Origin: a virus
DNA length: 64,000 nucleotides
IMG/VR virus record: IMGVR_UViG_3300049137_000157
Span: 1 to 64,000 of that record
Strand: one strand, 5' to 3'
Under the pieces are notes generated by a model. It ran no database searches and was not told where the DNA came from. It saw only the letters and a program-made list of their open reading frames with translations. Each line of letters starts with the position of its first letter. Within the stretch, counting starts at the first letter, position 1. The position numbers and the translations under genes were made by a program. Shown one piece after another: positions 28,634-37,129 of the stretch.

Positions 28634-29209
28634 TCAGATCAGTTCGACGTAACAGGTATGTCCATTGGGCAGAAGGACGGAATATGCCATTGGTGGATCC
28701 CCTTCCGTGCCGAAGGGCAGCCCCCGAAGGATCCTGTCCACGTCGGACTCTGACTTCGGCCACACGGAGAGTCTGTGCTCCCAGCGGAAGTCTGAGATCG
28801 ACAAGGCAGAGATCCATTTTGGATCGAGCTGTTCGATCCAGGGTTGCGCCCCGCGAAGGGCCTCGACCATCTGTTTGTTCGTCACACGTCGAGCAATTCT
28901 TTTTCGGTCAACATCTTCCGGTATCGTCAATTCGATGAACGTAAAAGTCACCCGAATGCCCCGGAATTCTCCGACTCCCTCGCAATAAACCCGCTGATCC
29001 AACAGATACATGGAAGGCGTTTGTCTGACCACTTCCGCCACGCGATCGATAGTGGATGACATCGCCTCCATCGGAAACCCGATAGGACCTCTGATGTGAA
29101 TGGAAGAAGCGGTGGAGGAGATCGCGAAGTGCAAAGGTACCGCGACTTCTCCGATCTCTTCCAATAGATCGGCTGCCACTCGCACCACATCGCTGAACAC
29201 AGAATTCAC
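28634..29209 (-). CDS. hypothetical protein (lower GC)
   Basis: RBS ggagggg. Confidence 0.6.
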   Translation of the reverse strand: MNSVFSDVVRVAADLLEEIGEVAVPLHFAISSTASSIHIRGPIGFPMEAMSSTIDRVAEVVRQTPSMYLLDQRVYCEGVGEFRGIRVTFTFIELTIPEDVDRKRIARRVTNKQMVEALRGAQPWIEQLDPKWISALSISDFRWEHRLSVWPKSESDVDRILRGLPFGTEGDPPMAYSVLLPNGHTCYVELI

Positions 29210-29239
29210 GACCCCCTCCTCCCCTTTGAACGTCTCCGC

Positions 29240-29716
29240 TCAGATCTTCAGCAAATCCCGGGCTCGGAACATTTCCGCCGGGCTCACGTACACGAGCACA
29301 CGGGTGTTCAGATTCTTGAGCGACTGCCCCATCAAGGGGAGAACGTCCTCGATCTGGAGACCCCCGAGCCCGCAGCCGAGCTTGGGGATGGCCACCGACG
29401 GGATGTCGTTCGTCTCCAGGTACCCGGCAAGGAGCTGGATTCCGTTCTCGACCCAGGCCAGACGCGACTTGTCGCTCCAGTGACCCTTGGTGGCAACGTT
29501 CACGATGTTCCGTCCGTCGCCGTTGTCGATCATCAACTGGCCCGGCAGCAGGTTCCCGTTGCGGCACACGACCCGGTACCTGGCGAACATGCCCGGGTAC
29601 TGCAACTTGAACTGGAGCGCGAGACCCGCCCCCATGACGCCGACGCAGTTCACCGCGTTGACCAGCGTGTGCGCGCCGGACGCGAAGAGGTTTCCGGTGA
29701 CCACCTCAACGGACAC
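29240..29716 (-). CDS. macrodomain ADP-ribosylhydrolase (DarG/Poa1p-like)
   Basis: GNLF...TLVNAVNCVGVMGAGLALQFK..YP.MF..Y...IVNVATK.HW...S...VAIPKLGCGLGGL. Confidence 0.88.
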   Translation of the reverse strand: MSVEVVTGNLFASGAHTLVNAVNCVGVMGAGLALQFKLQYPGMFARYRVVCRNGNLLPGQLMIDNGDGRNIVNVATKGHWSDKSRLAWVENGIQLLAGYLETNDIPSVAIPKLGCGLGGLQIEDVLPLMGQSLKNLNTRVLVYVSPAEMFRARDLLKI

Positions 29717-29978
29717 CGTCGCCTCCCTTCAGGATCCCCACGATGTCGTCGTAGGTCTCGTTCTCCACGGTGAAAGACTCCGGGTAGTAGGGGTAGAACT
29801 CCTCGTCTCGGAACTGCTGACGTGCCTTCACTACAGCGATGTCGTACTCCCGGACCCCTTGAATCAGCTCGTCAACTTCCGACGGGTCTCCGTCGAGGAT
29901 TCGCTGCCGCAAGTTGTCGACTTTCTCCCGGGCCTGCACTAGTTCTTCGGTCGTACTGATCATTTGAGATTCTGTCAC
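29706..29978 (-). CDS. hypothetical protein
   Basis: operonic. Confidence 0.5.
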   Translation of the reverse strand: MTESQMISTTEELVQAREKVDNLRQRILDGDPSEVDELIQGVREYDIAVVKARQQFRDEEFYPYYPESFTVENETYDDIVGILKGGDGVR

Positions 29979-30220
29979 GATGTGCTCTCTTCTTCACCGT
30001 CGGCACCCAGCTCCCGCCGAACGTCTTCACCTGTCCTGACGCGCTTCTGGTGGATGGGCCATCCGAGGCCCGGCTCGATCTCAGGGAGACCTTGCAGGGC
30101 GCGGGGCGTGTGGAGCGGGCAGCGCATGCCCGGCTGGTAGTGCCGGACACTGTCCGTGGATCCGCACTCTTCGCGCGTCTCCTTCAGCCAGATGTCACAG
30201 ACCTTGGTCTTCGCGTCCAC
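29975..30220 (-). CDS. small Cys/His hypothetical protein
   Basis: C...C...RCPLHTP. Confidence 0.55.
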   Translation of the reverse strand: MDAKTKVCDIWLKETREECGSTDSVRHYQPGMRCPLHTPRALQGLPEIEPGLGWPIHQKRVRTGEDVRRELGADGEEESTS

Positions 30221-30223
30221 CGG

Positions 30224-30865
30224 TCACCTCTGGGCGTCGAGCTGGGCTCGGTAATCGTCGTACCGAACGACACCCCACGCGAGGGCATGGCAGGCCCACA
30301 GGTAGCGCCAGTCGTAGTCGAGGAACCGCTTGGGGTCGAAAAAGCCCCGCATCCGGAAGTCCTCCCCGGAACTGTTGGTGTAGATGAAGTCGGCGACGGC
30401 CTCCCGTGCGTCGTGCTCCTCCGAGGTGCTGTAGTCGGCGATGAGGCTCTCGGTCCGCTCGTACCAGTGGTCCGTGATGCCGGGCCAGTTCTTCTCGGCC
30501 TGCGCCAGGGCGGCCTTCACCTTCTCGTCGAACTTCTCGGGGGAGAACTGGCGGGGCTCTTCGCTGGCGGCCTTGAGCAGGCCCTTCCAGTAGCCGAAGT
30601 TGGGCTTGCCGCCTCGGTCCATGGTCCCCCAGATCACCTGGAAGAAGTCCTCGGTCGGGAAGATGGAGAACACGTAGGTGCCCACCTCGCCGACGAAGGT
30701 CAGCCTGTTGGGCCACGTGATCAGATCGAACTTGTAACCGCCGCCCTCGGGGGAGGCGAAGCGCAGGTGGCGGTAGTTGCCCTCGTCGAGGAGGACCTCC
30801 ATCTCATGGCGGGCTGTCTCGCGGGCGAATCGCTCGGCGGTCTGGGTGCACACGTCGTGAGTCAC
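30224..30865 (-). CDS. conserved phage-type hypothetical protein
   Basis: DEGNYRHLRF...FDLITWPN.L.F.GE.GTYVF resembles a widespread phage family; no function known to me. Confidence 0.65.
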   Translation of the reverse strand: MTHDVCTQTAERFARETARHEMEVLLDEGNYRHLRFASPEGGGYKFDLITWPNRLTFVGEVGTYVFSIFPTEDFFQVIWGTMDRGGKPNFGYWKGLLKAASEEPRQFSPEKFDEKVKAALAQAEKNWPGITDHWYERTESLIADYSTSEEHDAREAVADFIYTNSSGEDFRMRGFFDPKRFLDYDWRYLWACHALAWGVVRYDDYRAQLDAQR

Positions 30866-30979
30866 GTTTCTTTTCCTCTCCTGTCCGGCTGAGCGCCCCG
30901 GGCCGGTTTCGAACCGACGCCTCACGGCCCCCAGGATCTGTCCCGGGTCCGGGGCGGGTATTGCTGAGCGGGTCCGGGT

Positions 30980-31693
30980 CTACCGGCCGGACATCCGCTG
31001 GATCTTCGCCAGGTGCTCCTGCTGCGCCTCGACGAGACGCCTGATCGCCCCGGACAGGGTCTCCCTGCGGCTGGAGTAGTCGCCAAGCGATCCGATGAAC
31101 CAGTGCTCGCCCTCCGAGTATCCCGCGTACTTCAGGGCCTCGTCGGGAACGTAGTCGGCGTAGAGATGCTTGTCGTGGACCCGGGCGATCGAGATGGCGC
31201 TCCTGTCGAACTCCTCGGCCGCCGACAGGGTGCGCTCCTGCGCGTCGATGAGCCGGGAAACGGCAGGCTGCCACTCGTTGGCCGCTTCGGGGGACCGGAG
31301 GAAGTCGTAGGCGGCGTCCAGCGCCTTGCGTTCGGCCCGGTAGGTCTTCCACCGGTCCGGGGTGTCGCCGACGGCCTCCTTCAGCTCGGCGATGTAGGCC
31401 GCGTTCCGCCACAGCCTTCGGGCCTCCTGGTAGATCTCCGCCAGGATGTCCTTGGCCACGGTGCGGATCTTGTGCTCGGCCGGGTCGTCCGCCTTGGAGA
31501 TGTAGGCCAGCTTCGAGTCCTGGTGGAGGGCGGGCTGCACCGGTTCCGGTTCGCTGCCGGTGAACTCGGCGAAGCTGTACGTGTAGCCGCTGTAAGGGCC
31601 CGGCTCCACCTTCTTCAGGCAGGCGGGCAGGTACGGACCCAGGCGTTCGAAGATCTGCTGGCTCTCCTGCGGGCTGATCGTCGTGTATTCCAC
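30980..31693 (-). CDS. hypothetical protein
   Basis: RBS aggag. Confidence 0.7.
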   Translation of the reverse strand: MEYTTISPQESQQIFERLGPYLPACLKKVEPGPYSGYTYSFAEFTGSEPEPVQPALHQDSKLAYISKADDPAEHKIRTVAKDILAEIYQEARRLWRNAAYIAELKEAVGDTPDRWKTYRAERKALDAAYDFLRSPEAANEWQPAVSRLIDAQERTLSAAEEFDRSAISIARVHDKHLYADYVPDEALKYAGYSEGEHWFIGSLGDYSSRRETLSGAIRRLVEAQQEHLAKIQRMSGR

Positions 31694-31727
31694 TTCTTCT
31701 CCTTGTCCGAGTTCTGCGAGAGCCTGT

Positions 31728-32102
31728 TCAGCTCTGCGGCGCGAGGGGGAAGGATCCCACCTCCCGGCCGTTGGGCAGCACCACGATCCACGGCCCCATG
31801 ATCAACCCGTAAGCCGCCCAATCGCAGCCTCGCTCGGGCTGCGGGCCACTCTTCTTCAGCACGCCGAGGACGCGTCCGATGCACTCCTGACCGAGGACGT
31901 CGGAGGCGATGACCTTCTCACCGGTCCGGCCGTGGGTGCGGGGATTGTCGTCCAGGGCCTGCTGGAAATCGGCACCTGAGGCGATGTCCTGACAGGACGG
32001 GCACTGGAACTGCCACTTCATCGGGTCGTCGCCGAAACGGCTGCGGGCCTCGGTGAGAAGTTCCTGCTGCGTGAGCTTGCGGTAGTTGCTGGCCACGATC
32101 AT
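31728..32102 (-). CDS. VVA0879-like phage protein
   Basis: RFGDDPMKWQFQCPSC...CIGR...GCDWAAYGL. Confidence 0.6.
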   Translation of the reverse strand: MIVASNYRKLTQQELLTEARSRFGDDPMKWQFQCPSCQDIASGADFQQALDDNPRTHGRTGEKVIASDVLGQECIGRVLGVLKKSGPQPERGCDWAAYGLIMGPWIVVLPNGREVGSFPLAPQS

Positions 32103-32668
32103 CCCTTCTGGTCGTGCATCAGGTCTCGCACGATGGTGGCGGCGGCGTCCCGGTCACGGGTGTCCCACCAGAAGCCGGGGACGTCCGGGTGGTGCTCGTC
32201 CTTGTGCGGGCCGGGATGGGTCGCGATGGCCTCGGCCGCCAGCCGGAGGATCTCGTTGGTACGGGCCTTCTCTGCCGCGTTGCTGTAGGTCGCCTTCTTG
32301 TCCGGTTCCGGGGAGGTGGTGGCCAGGAGCCGGAGCATGGCCTCCTTGGGGGTGAGCCCTCGGGCCGTAGTCTGACGCTGGACCGGCCGCCACTGGAGGT
32401 CCACCACCTCAACCTGCTCGACGTGGGTGCCCATGACGGCCTTTTCGTCGTTCCAGGGATCGAGACCTTCCTGCATCTCGGTAGCCGGGCGCTCCCAGTA
32501 GACCTCGTACGTCTTGCCGTCGTCGGGGGCCCGGAAGATCAGCCGGTGGACGATGCACCATCGCAGCTCGTCCCAGGGTTCGTCGTGGAGGATGATCTCC
32601 CGGTTCTTCAAGGGGAGTCCCCACTCCTCCAGAAGTTCCCGGCTGAAGTTCCTCTTGTTGCCGCTCAT
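32099..32668 (-). CDS. hypothetical protein
   Basis: RBS aaggg. Confidence 0.65.
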   Translation of the reverse strand: MSGNKRNFSRELLEEWGLPLKNREIILHDEPWDELRWCIVHRLIFRAPDDGKTYEVYWERPATEMQEGLDPWNDEKAVMGTHVEQVEVVDLQWRPVQRQTTARGLTPKEAMLRLLATTSPEPDKKATYSNAAEKARTNEILRLAAEAIATHPGPHKDEHHPDVPGFWWDTRDRDAAATIVRDLMHDQKG

Positions 32669-32679
32669 CCCTTTTCCTT

Positions 32680-32898
32680 TCAGAAGATCTTCGTGACCTT
32701 GTATGTGGTCGTCAGCTCCACGAGCCGAAGCCTTCGCCCCTCGAATTTCCGGTTCCTTGCGGCACGCTCAGTCCTCTCCGGAATCTCTCCTGCGGAGAAG
32801 GAGCCTCCGGCCATCACCCAGGACCCGTCCAGTTCCCGCACTTCGATCCGGTACTGGATCTCCGTGGAGTTCGGGCGGGGGTCGAAGTCGGAGTTCAT
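32680..32898 (-). CDS. hypothetical protein
   Basis: ATGA overlap. Confidence 0.5.
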   Translation of the reverse strand: MNSDFDPRPNSTEIQYRIEVRELDGSWVMAGGSFSAGEIPERTERAARNRKFEGRRLRLVELTTTYKVTKIF

Positions 32899-33164
32899 CC
32901 GGCGCTGCGCCCGTGCTTGACGAGGTAGTTGATGAAGGTGTCCAGCACCTGCTGGGCCAGGATCTTCCCCTCGTCGAGAGAGGTGGTGAAGCGGTCGAGC
33001 GAACGTTCCCCGGGGACCATGGACGGCAGTGCCGTGGTCAGCTTCCACTCCCGGCCGTCGACAGGACGGGGCAGGCGACAAAGACTGAACAGGTAAAGAT
33101 CTCCGACGCGACCATCCACCTGGGCGGAGTCCTCGTCGCCGTCATCCCAACGGATCATTTTCAC
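32895..33164 (-). CDS. hypothetical protein
   Basis: RBS ggaggg. Confidence 0.55.
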   Translation of the reverse strand: MKMIRWDDGDEDSAQVDGRVGDLYLFSLCRLPRPVDGREWKLTTALPSMVPGERSLDRFTTSLDEGKILAQQVLDTFINYLVKHGRSAG

Positions 33165-33214
33165 CCTCCTTGTCGGATCGCTTTTCCTGCGACCCTGTTC
33201 CTCGATTCTATCAC

Positions 33215-33224
33215 GGCCTAGGCC
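33215..33224. promoter_or_regulatory. GGCCTAGGCC site
   Basis: Exact; on minus strand followed by TAGAAT -10-like hexamer. Confidence 0.7.
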
Positions 33225-33271
33225 AATAGGAAGGGCCCCGTCTGTGGACGAGGCCCTTCCTGTTCGGATCT

Positions 33272-33475
33272 TCAGACAGTGCTGACGTCAGCCGCCTGGG
33301 GACCCTTCGAACCCTGCTCCACCTGGAAGTAGACGCGCTGCCCCTCTTCGAGACTGCGGTACCCACCACCCTGGATGGCGGAGTAGTGGACGAAGACGTC
33401 CTTCCCGCCCCCGTCCGGGGTGATGAAGCCGAAACCCTTCTCGGCGTTGAACCACTTCACGCTGCCCTGCGGCAT
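33272..33475 (-). CDS. csp: cold-shock protein (CSD)
   Basis: [15 protein letters not shown] (RNP1) and DVFVHYSAI (RNP2), 67 aa. Confidence 0.97.
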   Translation of the reverse strand: MPQGSVKWFNAEKGFGFITPDGGGKDVFVHYSAIQGGGYRSLEEGQRVYFQVEQGSKGPQAADVSTV

Positions 33476-33674
33476 GTCAGTCCTCACACATTGCTCGTTG
33501 GAAACCCCGGGGAAGAGTGACGCGAAACCCACGAACACCAAACTCGGAGTGCTCTGAAATCGTATCGACGATCCCCGACATGACCAGCGTAAAGATCAGA
33601 GGGAATCACGCCACCCACTGTTTCCTCACAAGCGAATGTCCCGACTGGTGAAGATTCTCCCAAAAACGTGCGGA

Positions 33675-33720
33675 GAAAAACGACTGACCGCCCGGAAGGA
33701 AGAACCCTCCGAACGGTCAG
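33675..33720 (-). terminator. terminator after Ro60 gene
   Basis: ctgaccg...cggtcag stem followed by TTTTT on minus strand. Confidence 0.6.
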
Positions 33721-33749
33721 CAGTCATCCGGCTTGACGGCCTGCTCGGG

Positions 33750-35399
33750 TCAGGACATCCACGGCCAGTGGGCGTTGCGCCCCGACTCCAGCAGCGGAAT
33801 CATCCGGAACGCGGCGTCGGTGAGACCGCCGAACGTGTGCCGGTTGCCCTTGCCCGACGGACCGTGACCTGCCTGGTAGCCCGCGAGGTTCCAGGTGTAC
33901 ACCGGAATGTTCTTCGGGACCTGCTCGGTCGGGTCACCGCCGTGGGCGCTGTCGGCCTGCTCGTCCGTGATGATGACGACCCGGTCGTGTCGGGCGAACT
34001 TCTCCTGGACCGCAAGTGCGGTCGCGGTGCCGCCGCCGAGGAACCAGCCGCCGTCCTTCCACCGGCCCACCGCTCGCAGCAGGGACTCGCCCCGCTTGAG
34101 CGGGAAGTCCTTGGTGTTCGCCCCGGGTAGGTCGTTCCAGTACCGCTGGGTCGAGGAGAACGACACGACGTCCGCCGAGGCGCAGCGCTGTCCCAGGGCG
34201 ATACCGAACAGGGCGGCGGCGTCCCACCGCATGAGGCTGCCGTCCTTCGAGAAGGCTCCCTTCATGGACGTCGAGGTGTCGACCAGGATCAGCGTCCGCC
34301 CCTTCAGCTCGGGCACGTTGGCCAGCGAGTGACCGAGCGCCTTCTCCAGCGGGTAGCCCCAGCGCAGCGACGGGGCCGCCTGGTATGCCGAGTAGAACCG
34401 CATCGGGAACTGCTTGGACCGGGCAACTTCGGCCGGATCGGCGAGCTTCTTCGAGACCAGTTCCGCCGACTCGTCCGGCACACCCGACTCGTCGAAGTTC
34501 CGCAGGTTCCGCAGCAGCGCCATGTAGCCCATCGACGGGATCATCGACTGCCACAGGTCGCTCTTGTTGACCTTCGAACCGAGGGCGGACAGGACGTCCT
34601 CCCAGGTGAGTCCGGAAGCCTTCAGAGCGGCGGGGTCGAGGAGGCGGGCGAGGGTCTCGTGCTTGTCCGCCACGGTCCCGTCGATCACCTGCTGCGTCTC
34701 GCTGCGCCACCGGCGCTCACTGCGGAGCATGGCCAGCGAAGCCGGAAGCGGAGCCTCGTTGCCCTTGCTCTTGTGGTCGAGGATGTAGCCGAACAGTTCT
34801 CGCTGTCGCTGGTCGAGCGGGCTCGGGTGGACGATCCGCAGGGCGTCGGCGAACTTGACGTTGTTCTTGGCCGAGTCGTACTTGAGCCAGTTTCGCTCCG
34901 TGTACATTCGGCCGATCGCCGCCTCCAGGCCCTTGTACACCGCCGTGTAGCGCCGGGGCTTCGCCTTGCCTGCGATCGAGAACCAGTAGGCGAGGAACTC
35001 ACCCACCTCGTCCGGCCGCTGGAGCGAGCCGTCGATCATCTCGGCGATGCCGTCGTAGCGGTGGGCGTCGGCCAGCACCTTGGCCACCTCAGCCGCGCCG
35101 ACGACGGCCGCCGTGCGCATGAAGCCCTCGGAGCGCAGCCAGGGCAGAAAGCCCTGAACCCAGGCCGGGTCGTCGAGTGCGACCTTCTGGATCAGTTCGG
35201 CGTAGCGGGTGTCACGCCTGTCGGCCTTCTCGTAGAAGGTGTTCTCGCCGACCATGTTGGCGAGGGCGAGCAGGTACAGCTCGCTCTTGGCGTCGCGGAG
35301 GTATCCCGTTCCGCCCTGGTGGTTGATGGTGGTGGTCCCGGTCGAGGTGACCGGCGAGGTGACGAGCGGCCGGGTCGACCGGGTGTTCAGCTTGGCCAT
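33750..35399 (-). CDS. rsr: Ro60/Rsr orthologue (TROVE + vWA domains)
   Basis: N-term NHQGGTGY...ELYLL...TFYE; MALLRNLRN; QFPMRFYSAY; vWA MIDAS ILVDTSTSM, VIITDEQ, YTWNLAGY. Confidence 0.92.
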   Translation of the reverse strand: MAKLNTRSTRPLVTSPVTSTGTTTINHQGGTGYLRDAKSELYLLALANMVGENTFYEKADRRDTRYAELIQKVALDDPAWVQGFLPWLRSEGFMRTAAVVGAAEVAKVLADAHRYDGIAEMIDGSLQRPDEVGEFLAYWFSIAGKAKPRRYTAVYKGLEAAIGRMYTERNWLKYDSAKNNVKFADALRIVHPSPLDQRQRELFGYILDHKSKGNEAPLPASLAMLRSERRWRSETQQVIDGTVADKHETLARLLDPAALKASGLTWEDVLSALGSKVNKSDLWQSMIPSMGYMALLRNLRNFDESGVPDESAELVSKKLADPAEVARSKQFPMRFYSAYQAAPSLRWGYPLEKALGHSLANVPELKGRTLILVDTSTSMKGAFSKDGSLMRWDAAALFGIALGQRCASADVVSFSSTQRYWNDLPGANTKDFPLKRGESLLRAVGRWKDGGWFLGGGTATALAVQEKFARHDRVVIITDEQADSAHGGDPTEQVPKNIPVYTWNLAGYQAGHGPSGKGNRHTFGGLTDAAFRMIPLLESGRNAHWPWMS

Positions 35400-35405
35400 G
35401 ATCTT

Positions 35406-35873
35406 CTAGTCCTTTCCGGTGGTCGCGTTCGGTGAGACCGTCGGGGCCTCCTTGAGTGCCTTCAGTTCGGTGAGCAGGGTGATGACGTGGGACATCAGTC
35501 CGGCATGCTCGGTCGCCCCCACTGCGAGAGCCTGGTCGCGGTGCTCGATGACCCCTTGCCGGACGCGATCGACATCTGCCGTAGTGGAGTCGATGCCAGT
35601 CGAAATTGCTGAAGACTTCGACGTTCCCACGTTGGGTGCTTCCCGGTAGGGCCGGAAAGCCGCAAGGGTCTCGATCCCCTCGACAATGACCCGGAGGTCT
35701 CCGTACAGATCCGAGAAGACGGCCTCGGCGTGCGGGTTTTGCAGGTAGTCGGGGTGCGGGTTCTGGGCGAGCGACCGCAATGCGCGCAGTTCCTCGTGGT
35801 CGACGGCGAGGAGGATGGTCTGCTCGTTCAGCGACTTGCCGGTGCTCTCGTCAGGGTTGGTGGCGTTCCTCAT
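35406..35873 (-). CDS. hypothetical protein between RNA ligase and Ro60
   Basis: RBS aggag; 6 bp from Ro60 start, 19 bp from ligase stop. Confidence 0.65.
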   Translation of the reverse strand: MRNATNPDESTGKSLNEQTILLAVDHEELRALRSLAQNPHPDYLQNPHAEAVFSDLYGDLRVIVEGIETLAAFRPYREAPNVGTSKSSAISTGIDSTTADVDRVRQGVIEHRDQALAVGATEHAGLMSHVITLLTELKALKEAPTVSPNATTGKD

Positions 35874-35892
35874 GGACAGCGTCTCCTGTTGA

Positions 35893-36648
35893 TCACTTGC
35901 TGCGCAGAGTGCGGGCGTAGTCCTCGAAGCGGGCCTTGGCAATGATCTTGCGGTCCTCGGTCCGCAGGACGATCCCTTCGGCCTGACCCTTCGCTCCGTC
36001 GTCGAGTGCGACACGGGTGGAGGGGAGGGCGTCGAGAAGCCACTGCTGCATGCCCGCGATGCCCTTGGGGAGAGCCTGGGCCGGGACGCGACCGAGTCGC
36101 GGGGTCAGGGGGATGTTGACGGCGAGGGCGTAGTTCAGCATCTCGGTCTCGGTGTGGAAGTCCTGTCCGCCGTTGTCCCGCCAGGAGGCGATGCGCTCCC
36201 GGTTCCAGGTGAGGACGTCCGGGTTGAAGCGCGCGATGTCGAAGAGGCGGTAGCCGGTGAGGCCGGTGGTGGAGTACTGCTTGGCTGCTGCGCCGATGCC
36301 CGAGCCGTAGACCTCCAGGAAGAGGGTGTAGATCTGACCCGTGTCGGTGGGCTTGGCGAGCTGCTCCGCAAGGGGCCGCAGGGCGCTGACGATGCCGAGC
36401 GTCGGGTTGGCCACCCGGTCACCCTTGGCGTACAGGAGTTCCTTGCGCGAACCGATGAGGTAGTCGCCGTCGGGGAAGAGGACGATGCGCCCGTTGGTGC
36501 CGTCGACCTTCTCGGTGAGGACGACATCGCCCTCGAACTCCGTGGCCTCGTCGGTGAGGCGGCCCTTGTTGCCCAGTGCGTGGTACGTGAAGATGCTCGG
36601 GTACTGCGTGGCCGAGTCGATCTCCGGAAGCCTGTTCGGATCGAACAT
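35893..36648 (-). CDS. ATP-dependent RNA ligase (Rnl2-like nucleotidyltransferase)
   Basis: Motif I TEKVDGTNGR, FLEVYG, YRLFDI, AEGIVLR, IAKAR. Confidence 0.8.
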   Translation of the reverse strand: MFDPNRLPEIDSATQYPSIFTYHALGNKGRLTDEATEFEGDVVLTEKVDGTNGRIVLFPDGDYLIGSRKELLYAKGDRVANPTLGIVSALRPLAEQLAKPTDTGQIYTLFLEVYGSGIGAAAKQYSTTGLTGYRLFDIARFNPDVLTWNRERIASWRDNGGQDFHTETEMLNYALAVNIPLTPRLGRVPAQALPKGIAGMQQWLLDALPSTRVALDDGAKGQAEGIVLRTEDRKIIAKARFEDYARTLRSK

Positions 36649-36674
36649 GTCCTTCTCCTTTTCCATCAGAACGC

Positions 36675-36710
36675 AGAACGCCCCCTCTCCCGAATTGGAG
36701 AGGGGGCGCT
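36675..36710 (-). terminator. hairpin between ncRNA array and ligase
   Basis: 12-bp stem cgccccctctcc/ggagagggggcg. Confidence 0.55.
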
Positions 36711-36718
36711 TCCTGTGG

Positions 36719-36879
36719 TGCGAGGACGAAGTGACCGGCTGAAAAAGTCGGCCCCGGCGTGTGGAGTCTGATGCTCTACCAATTGAGCTACGGGCAGCTT
36801 GGCTGCTCGACGGGACTTGAACCCGCAACCGCCAGAGTGAAGTATCCGGAACCTGCGCTCCGGTCACCACGTCCTCGCA
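36719..36879 (-). ncRNA. yrlA: YrlA-like Y RNA with circularly permuted tRNA domain
   Basis: Ends pair (ugcgaggac/guccucgca; gugaccgg/ccggucac). Order inside: ucugg, T arm GCGGG-UUCAAGU-CCCGU, acceptor stem closed by CAA loop, UA, D arm GCUC-AAUUGGUA-GAGC, ucaga; upstream of Ro60. Confidence 0.85.
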
Positions 36880-36886
36880 TCACAGC

Positions 36887-37041
36887 TTCACAGATCCAGA
36901 GGAGCCACCGGCTGAAAGATGAGCCCCGGCGTTTGCCCCGTGCCAGATTTGGGCGTTGACGGATTCGAACCGTTCCATTTCTTGTTTCAGGAAGAAGTAA
37001 CCGTTGCTGCGGCACTCCGGTAACTCTTCTGAACCTGTGAA
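36887..37041 (-). ncRNA. second Y-RNA-like unit with T-arm only
   Basis: Terminal stem uucacag/cugugaa; shared ccggagug...guuacuuc and ggc...cuuucagccgg motifs; T arm ACGG-UUCGAAU-CCGU at 36959-36973. Confidence 0.7.
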
Positions 37042-37046
37042 GTCGA

Positions 37047-37123
37047 GCGCCCCCCGGCTGAAAAGTCGGCCTCGGTCTAATTTCACCGAAGAAGTATCCG
37101 AAGCCTGCGCTCCGGGGGTGCAC
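37047..37123 (-). ncRNA. third, minimal Y-RNA-like unit
   Basis: cccccgg/ccggggg stem; ccggagcgcagg..cggauacuuc and gccgacuuuucagccgg motifs nearly identical to unit 1; short hairpin insert. Confidence 0.65.
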
Positions 37124-37129
37124 TAAGAA

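Noticed and set aside
36767-36836. Functional tRNA gene
   Set aside because: The T arm precedes the D arm, the acceptor stem is closed by a loop and there is no anticodon loop; called Y RNA instead
36719-37123. CRISPR array or attenuator repeats
   Set aside because: Repeats are imperfect paired 5'/3' motifs forming closed stems with structured inserts of very unequal length; no cas genes seen
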